This document shows positions 7,726 to 15,306 of a stretch of 26,961 nt of DNA, one piece after another. Numbering within the stretch: the stretch's first letter is position 1; each line of letters opens with the position of its first letter. This stretch comes from Thermoplasmata archaeon (GTDB taxonomy: Archaea; Thermoplasmatota; SW-10-69-26). The notes beneath the pieces were generated by a model. The model saw only the letters and a program-made list of their open reading frames with translations. It ran no database searches and was not told the origin of the DNA. Where the stretch lies: assembly GCA_003561665.1 (NCBI GenBank), contig PWVY01000169.1:1-26961 (forward strand). Reading direction: 5' to 3'. The position numbers and the translations under genes are program-made.

Positions 7726-8001
7726 ATGCCTGAGGTCATCATCGAAGGCAAGATCCTCGAATGGGGCAACTCCTACGGGATACGCATCAAAAAACGCGAT
7801 CTCGAAGAACAAGGCCTCCAACCAGGAGAAAACATCACCGTTCGCATCGAACACGCAAGCGACCGCATCGACCTCTCCGACCTCCCCACCTTCACTGGAG
7901 GCCGCTCCGATGTCTCCGATCGACACGACGCCTACCTAGCAAAAGGCCTCGAAGCAAAGATGAGTGACGATGACGCCTCATCGGAGTGTGACCCCACGTG
8001 A
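7726..8001 (+). CDS. vapB: AbrB/MazE/SpoVT-family antitoxin (VapB-like)
   Basis: GKILEWGNSYGIRIKK...LQPGENITVRI swapped-hairpin signature; GTGA overlap with the PIN gene. Confidence 0.88.
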   Translation: MPEVIIEGKILEWGNSYGIRIKKRDLEEQGLQPGENITVRIEHASDRIDLSDLPTFTGGRSDVSDRHDAYLAKGLEAKMSDDDASSECDPT

Positions 8002-8363
8002 GGGTTGCAGACACAAGCGCCCTTTACCCGCTCTTCGACGCGGACGACGCTCACCACGAGCAGGCCCGCAACGACCTCGCCAACCCCACCCCTGTCCTCA
8101 TCCCGTCCGAGATCCTCGTCGAGACCGTGAACCTGCTCCACTACCGGTTCGGCTGGTCCCCCGCACACTCCGCCCTCGAAGCGTTGCTCTCCAAACCCCA
8201 CACCAACCTCGCCCAGCCCGTGCCCATGGCAGGCGTCCAAGACACCTACAAGAAAGCCCAGGGAGATCTCAGCCTGGCCGATGCGACCGTGGTCCAAACA
8301 TGCCGCGTCCACGGCGCAACCCCCCTCTCGTACGATGAAGCCATCCTCAAACGCGTCGAATAG
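7998..8363 (+). CDS. vapC: PIN-domain RNase toxin (VapC)
   Basis: ADTSAL (D), ILVET (E), SLADA (D), SYDE (D): the four acidic PIN residues are present. Confidence 0.9.
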   Translation: MRVADTSALYPLFDADDAHHEQARNDLANPTPVLIPSEILVETVNLLHYRFGWSPAHSALEALLSKPHTNLAQPVPMAGVQDTYKKAQGDLSLADATVVQTCRVHGATPLSYDEAILKRVE

Positions 8364-8369
8364 CCACCC

Positions 8370-9170
8370 CTAGCCCTCCAGACGGACACGCTCGATGCCC
8401 CACGCGTCCAACCGTTCCGCGATCTTAGCCTCCTCGTTCGTCGCATCCGGCTGCAACACGTACCCCTCACACCCCGGGATTTGATCCAACGCCTCCTGAA
8501 GCGTACCATCCTCGACCCCCTGACTCACCGCCCACCCTGGGATGACGTGCCCGGGCACGATCTCGCCCGCTCGCACCGCATCGTTCACCTGCGGACAATA
8601 ATGCCCACCCCCCACCCACAACACAGGCGTCCCAGAAACGGGGCTTGCATCCAACAAGGCCTCAGCCAGAACCCGCGCAGCCTCCTCATCGTTCCACGCC
8701 TCTTCGTCGCTCCCCAACTCGTAGAACAACGTTGGCACCTCCACATAGGGCCCATGGTGCGTGGCCTCGTACGTCACCTCGTACCCCGCAGGGTCCGCCT
8801 TCACCAACGCCTCGAACAACCCCGCCATCCACGAGGGATGCGAGGGCGCCACCTGGCCCTTTTTGCCCCCGTACGGCGCATCCGCGAAGTTCCCGATCGG
8901 GTGAACGCTCATTGTCGGCGTCCCCGACTCGCTCGCATGACGAGACAAGAACACCACGACCTCCGGATCCTCCAAACTCGGCGGCAACCGCTTGTCCACA
9001 TTCTCGTTCGTGATGTGCAACTCCTCGATCGTCACCAACCGGAAATCCTCGTGAGCAAGGATCCGGTTCCCCTCGAACAACCCCTTCTCCTCCCACGAGA
9101 CCAGCTCACGCAAACGATCCGCGATGTTCACGCTAGCCGGGTCTTCCGTGCACTCCACGAGGACACGCAT
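8370..9170 (-). CDS. dtdA: Archaeal D-aminoacyl-tRNA deacylase (DTD2/DUF516), 266 aa
   Basis: DPASVNI, FLSRHASES, SVHPIGN, EATHHGP, FYELGS and GGGHY motifs; GGTG-rich Shine-Dalgarno before ATG 9170. Confidence 0.92.
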   Translation of the reverse strand: MRVLVECTEDPASVNIADRLRELVSWEEKGLFEGNRILAHEDFRLVTIEELHITNENVDKRLPPSLEDPEVVVFLSRHASESGTPTMSVHPIGNFADAPYGGKKGQVAPSHPSWMAGLFEALVKADPAGYEVTYEATHHGPYVEVPTLFYELGSDEEAWNDEEAARVLAEALLDASPVSGTPVLWVGGGHYCPQVNDAVRAGEIVPGHVIPGWAVSQGVEDGTLQEALDQIPGCEGYVLQPDATNEEAKIAERLDAWGIERVRLEG

Positions 9171-9279
9171 CACCCCACCACGCGCCCTCCTGTTTTTCAA
9201 CGTACCGCCCACGCGTCGAACAAGAAGCAACGAAACAAACAGCCCTCACCTCTTTACGCAGCCTTCGCATCCCGGCCGC

Positions 9280-10719
9280 GTGGACGCAGCCAAGAACCCT
9301 CTCGAACTCGACGAGGCAACCCTGACCGAGATCATCGAACAAACCACACAACGCATCCTCCACCACCTCGAAACCCTCCCCCAACAACACGCCGCCTACG
9401 ACGAAGACCCCGAAACCATCGCCCAACGCTTCCACGAACCCCACCCCCCCGACGAACCCACACCCCCAGGCGAACTCCTCGACCACCTCTTCAACGACGC
9501 CATCCCCCCCTCCCTCAACACGCCCCACCCCGGGTACCTCGCCTACATTCCCGGCGGCGGCCTCCCCCACGCCGCCATCGCCGACCTCATCAGCGACACC
9601 ACCAACCGCTACATCGGCACCAACTTCGCCGCCCCCGCCCTCACCCGCATCGAAGCCAACGTAATCGAATGGTTCTGCCGCATCGTCAACTACCCCAACA
9701 CCGCCTTCGGCATCCTCACCACCGGCGGCTCCATGGCCAACCAAACCGCCATCACCACCGCCCGCCATCACCACCTCGGCGAAACCTTCCTCAACGGCAC
9801 CGTCTACGCCAGCGACCAAACCCACCACAGCATCACCAAAAGCTGCACCCTCGCCGGCATCCCCCAAGACAACGTCAAAAAGATCCCCACGGACAACGCA
9901 TACCGCATAGACCCCAACGCGCTCGAAACCACCATCCACGAAGACCGGTCCAACGACCTCGACCCCTTCCTCATCGTCGCCAACGCCGGCACCACCAACA
10001 CCGGCGCCATCGACCCCCTCCCCCAACTCGCCACCCTCGCAGAACAAGAGAACCTGTGGCTCCACGCCGACGCCGCCTACGGCGGCTTCTTCACCCTCAC
10101 CCCCGACGGCGAACAACGCCTAAGCGGCATCGAGAAAGCCCACAGCATCACGCTTGACCCCCACAAAGGCCTCTTTTTACCCTACGGAACCGGCTGCCTC
10201 CTCGTCAAAGACCCCACAACCCTCCAAGACACCCACACCGCTCGCGCAGACTATCTCCCCAACACGACAACCAACACCCTCCTCCCCGACTTCAGCCACC
10301 TCAGCCCCGAACTCTCCAGGGATTTCAGAGGCCTCCGCATCTGGCTCCCCCTCAAGATGCACGGCCTAGAACCCTTCAAAGCGAACCTCCAAGAGAAACT
10401 CGACCTCGCAAGGTTCACCCACGAACAACTCCAACAACGCCCCCACATCACCATCACGGCCAAACCCCAACTCTCCACGCTCGCCTTCCGCTGGGAACCC
10501 CCACACCTCCCCCCCGACGACCATGATCACGCCAACCAGGACCTTCTCAACCGCATCAACAAGAAAGGCAACGTGCACATCTCCGGGACCACCCTCAACG
10601 ACGCGTTCACCCTACGCGTCAGCATTCTCTCCTTCCGAACCCACCAAGAACACATCCAACGCTTCCTCACCGACCTCGACGAAGCCATCCAAGAATCCAC
10701 CCCCGAACAGCAACGCTAA
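9280..10719 (+). CDS. Group II PLP-dependent decarboxylase (aromatic-L-amino-acid/glutamate decarboxylase family), 479 aa
   Basis: HPGYLAYIPGGG, TTGGSMAN, NAGTTNTGAIDPL, WLHADAAYGG, SITLDPHK (PLP lysine), ELSRDFRGL. GTG 9280 with TTTACG about 27 bp upstream. Confidence 0.92.
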   Translation: MDAAKNPLELDEATLTEIIEQTTQRILHHLETLPQQHAAYDEDPETIAQRFHEPHPPDEPTPPGELLDHLFNDAIPPSLNTPHPGYLAYIPGGGLPHAAIADLISDTTNRYIGTNFAAPALTRIEANVIEWFCRIVNYPNTAFGILTTGGSMANQTAITTARHHHLGETFLNGTVYASDQTHHSITKSCTLAGIPQDNVKKIPTDNAYRIDPNALETTIHEDRSNDLDPFLIVANAGTTNTGAIDPLPQLATLAEQENLWLHADAAYGGFFTLTPDGEQRLSGIEKAHSITLDPHKGLFLPYGTGCLLVKDPTTLQDTHTARADYLPNTTTNTLLPDFSHLSPELSRDFRGLRIWLPLKMHGLEPFKANLQEKLDLARFTHEQLQQRPHITITAKPQLSTLAFRWEPPHLPPDDHDHANQDLLNRINKKGNVHISGTTLNDAFTLRVSILSFRTHQEHIQRFLTDLDEAIQESTPEQQR

Positions 10720-10755
10720 CACCAGGGTTCCCCTATGGCTTCTCACGGCGAACCC

Positions 10756-11757
10756 ATGACGACCATCTGGCCCGAAGGCTTCCCGCGAGTCCCCGACCAG
10801 GCATGGACGCGGTCCGACGTGAAAGAGCTCGCGGTTGGGTACGACAACGTGGAGGAACACGGCTGGTACGACAACCTCGACCCGACCGTCGAGGATATCA
10901 AACGCGTCCTTGAACCCGGAGACATCGTGCTGGACTACAGCGGCGGCACCGGGATCCTCATCGGTCGCCTTCTCGAAGCCATCCCCGAGATGCCCTTCGG
11001 CGTCATCAACGTGGACGCTTCCAAGAAGTTCCTACGGCTTTCCCTCGAGAAGTTCGAGAAGAACGAACGCGTCGCATTCCGATGGATTCGGTACCTCAAA
11101 GAGCAAGAACGGGTCCAAAGGGTGCAAGAGGTCTTCGAGGAGCCCATGCTTGAGCGAGGCGTGGAGGCGCTCGCTTCCACGAACGCCATCCACCTCTATT
11201 ACGGGCTCGAAGAAACGCTGGACTCCTGGCGAGATATCATCCAAGACGACGGGCACGTGTTCGTTCAATCCGGGAACATCGGGCTGCCCAACGATCGGAT
11301 GCCAGAGGACAGTTGGATCATCGACCAGACCGTAACGGCCATCGACGAAGCCGCCCAAACGATCGCTCGCAACGAGGACCGGTGGAGCCCGTACACGGAT
11401 GTCCTTGACGACGAAGATCGCATGACCGCGTACGAGACGCTTCGAGAGAAGTACTTCTTACCCATCCGACCCCTTTCCTACTACACCGACGCGCTCAAGG
11501 GTGCAGGGTTCCACATCGAGGACGTTAGGCACCGCACGGTAGAGGCGAAGGTCGAGGAATGGTACGAGTTCTTGAGCGTGTACCACGAGGGCGTGTTGGG
11601 CTGGGTGGGAGGGTCTGAGCGGATCGAGGATGAACCGCCCACGGATGCGGCCGTTGAGGACCGCCTTGCCCTGATGCGGGCCGCGATGGAGCAGGTGTTC
11701 GAACGTGAAGATGCGTTCGAGGCCGTCTGGACCTACATCACCTGCCGGCCCGCGTAG
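10756..11757 (+). CDS. Class I SAM-dependent methyltransferase (alternative start 10735)
   Basis: Motif I VLDYSGGTG, motif II INVDAS, post-II STNAIHLY; begins 15-36 bp after the decarboxylase stop. Confidence 0.85.
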   Translation: MTTIWPEGFPRVPDQAWTRSDVKELAVGYDNVEEHGWYDNLDPTVEDIKRVLEPGDIVLDYSGGTGILIGRLLEAIPEMPFGVINVDASKKFLRLSLEKFEKNERVAFRWIRYLKEQERVQRVQEVFEEPMLERGVEALASTNAIHLYYGLEETLDSWRDIIQDDGHVFVQSGNIGLPNDRMPEDSWIIDQTVTAIDEAAQTIARNEDRWSPYTDVLDDEDRMTAYETLREKYFLPIRPLSYYTDALKGAGFHIEDVRHRTVEAKVEEWYEFLSVYHEGVLGWVGGSERIEDEPPTDAAVEDRLALMRAAMEQVFEREDAFEAVWTYITCRPA

Positions 11758-11778
11758 GAGGCCCCCCGCGAGGCCGCG

Positions 11779-12948
11779 TTAATCTGACTTCTCATCGATG
11801 GGTGGGAGCGTGAACGAGAAGGTCGTGCCCTCTCCCGGTGTGGAGTCGACCTCGATCGTGCCGCCATGCCGCTTGATCACGCGTTGGCACACTGCCAGGC
11901 CCACGCCGGTCCCCTCGACGTTGTTGTCGTGGGTTCCTCTTCGGAAGATCCGGAAAAGATCCGCTTGCTCTTCCTTGGGGATCCCTTCCCCGTTGTCTTC
12001 AACGTGTACGCAGATCATCCCGTTCTTCGAGGGTTCGGCGTGGATGGTGATGCGTGGCCTTTCCTTGCTGTATTTGATGGCATTGTCCACGAGGTTCTGG
12101 AAGACGTGCATCAGCTGGCCCCCATCGCCGAGGACGGTCCCCAAAGTGTCCACGTCGACGATGGCGTTGGCTTCGTCGATGGCAACGCGAAGGTTCCCTA
12201 AGACCTCCTCCACGACGTCCTCAAGCGCCACAGGTTCTTGGTCCCGGCCTTGTGCTTGCACGCGAGAGTACTCAAGCAACCCTTGAACCATCTCGCGCAT
12301 GCGCCGGGTGCCGTCCATCGCGTACGAGACGTACTCTGTGGCTTCCTGATCCAGAGCCTCCCCGTGGCCCTCCACGAGGAGCGCGAGGTAGCTTTCCGTC
12401 ATCCGGAGCGGTTCTTGGAGATCGTGCGAGACGACGGACGCAAAATCTTCGAGGACTTCGTTGGATTGTTCGAGGCTTCGTGCTTTCTCCGCGAGGCGCT
12501 GCTCGGCTTGCTTACGCGCCTGAAGTTCGCGAGCCATCTTCCGATGGGCTTCCGTGAGGTCGTCGTGGAGAGCGAGCACGCGGTCCTGGAGCTTTCGATG
12601 GTCTTCCGGGTCGTGTTCGGCGAAAAGCACGAGGTGATCGCCATGGCGGTGCACGGCGCCGTCCAACGAGGTGGCCTGTTCTCGTCCTTGGCCGCCCACG
12701 TTGAGGATCCCCTCGTACGTGAGGGCCCACCCGGCGTCTTGCGCTCCTTGGGTGAGGCGTTTGAAGGGAGGCTGCACGAACAGGGTGGTGGGGTCTTCTA
12801 ACCCGGCCTCGCCCTCGGCATCAAGAAGACGGTGGAAGCCTTCGTTGGCTTCCACGAGGCCACCGTCGATCGTGAAGATGGCCGCCACGACGGATCCAAG
12901 ATCCTCCAAGATGGAGGGTATCTGCTCCCTGAACGGGGGCGTGGTCAT
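11779..12948 (-). CDS. Sensor histidine kinase (PAS-like domain, coiled coil, HisKA, HATPase), 389 aa
   Basis: H-box SHDLQEPLR, N-box FQNLVDNAIKY, G1 DNGEG, G2 GTGVGLA; PAS-like N-terminus (AIFTIDGGLVEANEGFHRLL); no TM segment. ATGA overlap with the upstream B12-binding gene. Confidence 0.93.
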   Translation of the reverse strand: MTTPPFREQIPSILEDLGSVVAAIFTIDGGLVEANEGFHRLLDAEGEAGLEDPTTLFVQPPFKRLTQGAQDAGWALTYEGILNVGGQGREQATSLDGAVHRHGDHLVLFAEHDPEDHRKLQDRVLALHDDLTEAHRKMARELQARKQAEQRLAEKARSLEQSNEVLEDFASVVSHDLQEPLRMTESYLALLVEGHGEALDQEATEYVSYAMDGTRRMREMVQGLLEYSRVQAQGRDQEPVALEDVVEEVLGNLRVAIDEANAIVDVDTLGTVLGDGGQLMHVFQNLVDNAIKYSKERPRITIHAEPSKNGMICVHVEDNGEGIPKEEQADLFRIFRRGTHDNNVEGTGVGLAVCQRVIKRHGGTIEVDSTPGEGTTFSFTLPPIDEKSD

Positions 12949-13628
12949 GCTTGAACCGCCTCGATGGCCTCTTGGATGCTTCCCCCCCAACCGTCCGCAT
13001 CGAGGGATGCGATCCCGTCATTATCGGGAAGGCTGCCGCCGATGAGGATCTCCGGCTGAGGCTCACCCAGGGCCCGGATGGCGGACACGGCGTCCTTCGC
13101 AGTGGCCAGATGCCCGTCCAGGGAGAGCGAAAGGCCCACGATGTCGGGACGCCATCGGTCGACCATGTCCACGAGAGCACGCGTGGGAACGTCCGCTCCG
13201 AGGGTCCGCGTTTCCCACCCATAGAGTTCGAAAGCGTCCCCGAGCACGTTCAACCCGAGCTCATGATGGTTGCCTTCCACGCATGCCAAGAGGATGCTCT
13301 TGCCTTGATCAGTCACGATGGAAAGGTTCACGATCTCGCTCGCGATGACGCTCTTCATGGTGGCTGTCGCGAGGTGTTCTTCTGCGACTGAGACTTCTCC
13401 TCTCTCCCAGCACGCACCCACGTGACTCATCGCAGGCTGGACGAGCCCGTCGATGGTGGCCAGGAACGAGCCAGTGTCCTCTAGGTGGCGGGTGAAGATC
13501 TGGCTTGCGGTTCGCCGGTCACCCTCGAGCAAGGTATCCACGAGTGTTTGGATGGACGCATCGAGGTCGGCGGAGGCCGAACCCTGTGTGGTTTCGTCAT
13601 GATCTAACATCGTGAACCCTGTCCTCAC
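12945..13628 (-). CDS. Stand-alone cobalamin-binding protein (four-helix cap plus Rossmann B12 domain), CarH/AerR-like, no DNA-binding domain
   Basis: W-x9-EH (WERGEVSVAEEH) and NxHxxG-x41-SxS-x27-GG. AAGGAGG Shine-Dalgarno 4 nt before GTG 13628; alternative ATG at 13610. Confidence 0.9.
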   Translation of the reverse strand: MRTGFTMLDHDETTQGSASADLDASIQTLVDTLLEGDRRTASQIFTRHLEDTGSFLATIDGLVQPAMSHVGACWERGEVSVAEEHLATATMKSVIASEIVNLSIVTDQGKSILLACVEGNHHELGLNVLGDAFELYGWETRTLGADVPTRALVDMVDRWRPDIVGLSLSLDGHLATAKDAVSAIRALGEPQPEILIGGSLPDNDGIASLDADGWGGSIQEAIEAVQA

Positions 13629-13705
13629 GTTGCCTCCTTGAGTACTTCAACCTGACCCTAGCCTCCTTGCCTGCTTGAACGAGGCCCTAGGCGGGGTTTA
13701 TGGAG

Positions 13706-14779
13706 TCAAGAGCGCGTTATGGTGAGTTCGCCTTCGTTATCGTATTCGAAGGTGAGCGTGTCGCGCTCTGCGAGGCGTTCTTTGTTTTGGAAGAGGGCCG
13801 TGGCGAGTAGGGTGAGCCCGATGGTGGCATCGCAGTACGCGGTGGCTTTCGTTGCGTTCTTGGCGATCTTTCCCCAGGATTGGCCTTCTTCGAGGGTGCA
13901 TCCGCTTAGGCCACCCCAGTGGGGGGCATCGGCGGTGATCTGCACGGCGTATTGGTGACCGCCGGGTTCGTACCCGAGGATCTCGCTGATGACCTCGGTT
14001 TGTTGGATGTAGTTCTTGGGGGTTCCGCCGGCGATGTAGGCGACCATCGTTTTCTCGCTTTTGTACTTGATCTGCGCGAGCTCGTAGGCGTCCTGAATCG
14101 GATCCAGGGTAGGGATGGTTCGGCCTTCGTGTTTGGCTTTCACCATCTCGTGCACCATGCCGATGCCAAGGCTGGAATCGTTCACGGCGGGGCAGAACAG
14201 GGGCGTGTTGGTGCGGTTGCACTGGACGACGAGGCTTTCCTCGTCGTCGAAGTGCTCTCCTAGGTAGTGGTACAGTTCTCGGCTAGTGATGGTGTCTTCG
14301 TCGAGTTTGCCTAACAGTTCGCCGAGGTATCGGTCGGTGGCTTGGAATTTCTCTTCGTCCACGAGCGTGTCGTAGAGGCGGTCGAGGTAGAGTTCGCGCA
14401 GCTTGACGTCGTCCATCTCGGGGGTGGCTTTCCAGTGGTCGTGGTCCTCGCCCATGGCTTGGTAGAGGTCTTGGTAGGGTTGGGAGCCTGCGCTTACGAC
14501 CACGTCGACAAGGCCGTGTTCGACGAGGCGGGAAAGGACGCGCCGCATGCCTCCGGCGATGAGGGACCCGGCGATGCCGAGGATAATGGTGGGGCGTGCG
14601 GGGTCTTCGAGAGCGGCTTGCCAGACCTTGAGGCATTCGCCGAGGCTCCGGGCCTGGAAGCTCATGCCCGCCATCCCATCGAGGAGTTCGTGCACGGTGT
14701 CGACGTTGGCGGGATCGACCTGATGAACGGGGACGCTTAGCAGGTTCTCGCGCGTGTAGAAGCCCTCGTCGTCCTTCAT
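13706..14779 (-). CDS. dys: Deoxyhypusine synthase family protein, 357 aa
   Basis: AGSLIAGGMR, PAVNDSSLG, GGTPKNYIQQ, GGLSGCTLEEGQSWGK (catalytic Lys), YCDATI. ATG 14779. Confidence 0.88.
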   Translation of the reverse strand: MKDDEGFYTRENLLSVPVHQVDPANVDTVHELLDGMAGMSFQARSLGECLKVWQAALEDPARPTIILGIAGSLIAGGMRRVLSRLVEHGLVDVVVSAGSQPYQDLYQAMGEDHDHWKATPEMDDVKLRELYLDRLYDTLVDEEKFQATDRYLGELLGKLDEDTITSRELYHYLGEHFDDEESLVVQCNRTNTPLFCPAVNDSSLGIGMVHEMVKAKHEGRTIPTLDPIQDAYELAQIKYKSEKTMVAYIAGGTPKNYIQQTEVISEILGYEPGGHQYAVQITADAPHWGGLSGCTLEEGQSWGKIAKNATKATAYCDATIGLTLLATALFQNKERLAERDTLTFEYDNEGELTITRS

Positions 14780-14909
14780 GGGAGCACTCGGCGGGTCCAG
14801 GAGGAAGGAGGCTAAAGGTGCTACCCTCAACCCTACGCTACCCCCCACCCATGACAATTCATAGCAAGGGTCATCTATGGGGGCGACCAAGAGAACCATG
14901 GTGAACCCC

Positions 14910-15155
14910 GTGCCCAAGTACATGGATGTCCACAAGATGGAGGGAATCACGGCCGAAGATGCAGCGCACGCCCACAGGGCGGATTTGAAGATCCAAGGGA
15001 AGCACGGAGCTCGGTTCCTGCGCTATTGGGTGAACGAAGAGGAAGGCGTCGTGTTCTGTCTAAGCGAAGCACCCACGAAGCAAGCCGCGCTGGATACGCA
15101 CGAGGAAGCCGGTCACCCTCCGGATGAGATCTTCGAGGTCATCGAGAGAGAGTGA
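14910..15155 (+). CDS. DUF4242 / SCO4226-like small nickel-binding protein, 81 aa
   Basis: MPKYMDVH...AHAHRADL...FLRYWV...VFCLSEAP...THEEAGH; GGTGA Shine-Dalgarno before GTG 14910. Confidence 0.85.
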   Translation: MPKYMDVHKMEGITAEDAAHAHRADLKIQGKHGARFLRYWVNEEEGVVFCLSEAPTKQAALDTHEEAGHPPDEIFEVIERE

Positions 15156-15224
15156 TCAACCCAGACCTTGGCCATCCAAGCGTCAGGCTAGCTTTGGCTA
15201 TGCGCATCGCTCACCAAGCATCCA

Positions 15225-15265
15225 AAACCGCTTGTGAAGGGGGCTTGCCCCTGCTGGAGCGGTTT
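15225..15265. terminator. Nested hairpin between convergent genes
   Basis: AAACCGCT (15225-15232) pairs with AGCGGTTT (15258-15265), with an inner GGGGC-TT-GCCCC. Confidence 0.35.
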
Positions 15266-15306
15266 GATGGGGAGACCTTGGAGCGCCCCGAGGCTATACC
15301 ACGCGT

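Noticed and set aside
8481-10157. Long alternative ORFs such as 8481..10157, 1589..2563, 6252..7691 and 25828..26925
   Set aside because: These are shadow or antisense frames of real genes, caused by high GC and extreme third-position bias. Their translations are low-complexity (Pro/Arg/His- or Gly/Val-rich) with no motifs.
1694-11757. Ergothioneine cluster (EgtC, PLP enzyme as EgtE, methyltransferase as EgtD)
   Set aside because: The PLP enzyme is a group II decarboxylase rather than a class V C-S lyase. The methyltransferase shows no EgtD features I recognise, there is no EgtB/EgtA, and the genes are 6.6 kb apart.
12945-13628. Methanogen-type corrinoid methyl-carrier protein (MtaC/MtbC)
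   Set aside because: It carries the W-x9-EH photoreceptor motif, is coupled to a kinase, and has no corrinoid methyltransferase partners. The neighbouring methyltransferase is class I SAM-dependent and convergent.
13629-13705. Cobalamin riboswitch upstream of the B12-binding gene
   Set aside because: Only about 75 bp are available and no B12-box consensus was recognised.
9280-14779. Polyamine cluster linking the decarboxylase to deoxyhypusine synthase
   Set aside because: The genes are on opposite strands, 3 kb apart, and separated by unrelated genes; the decarboxylase is not of the ornithine/arginine type.
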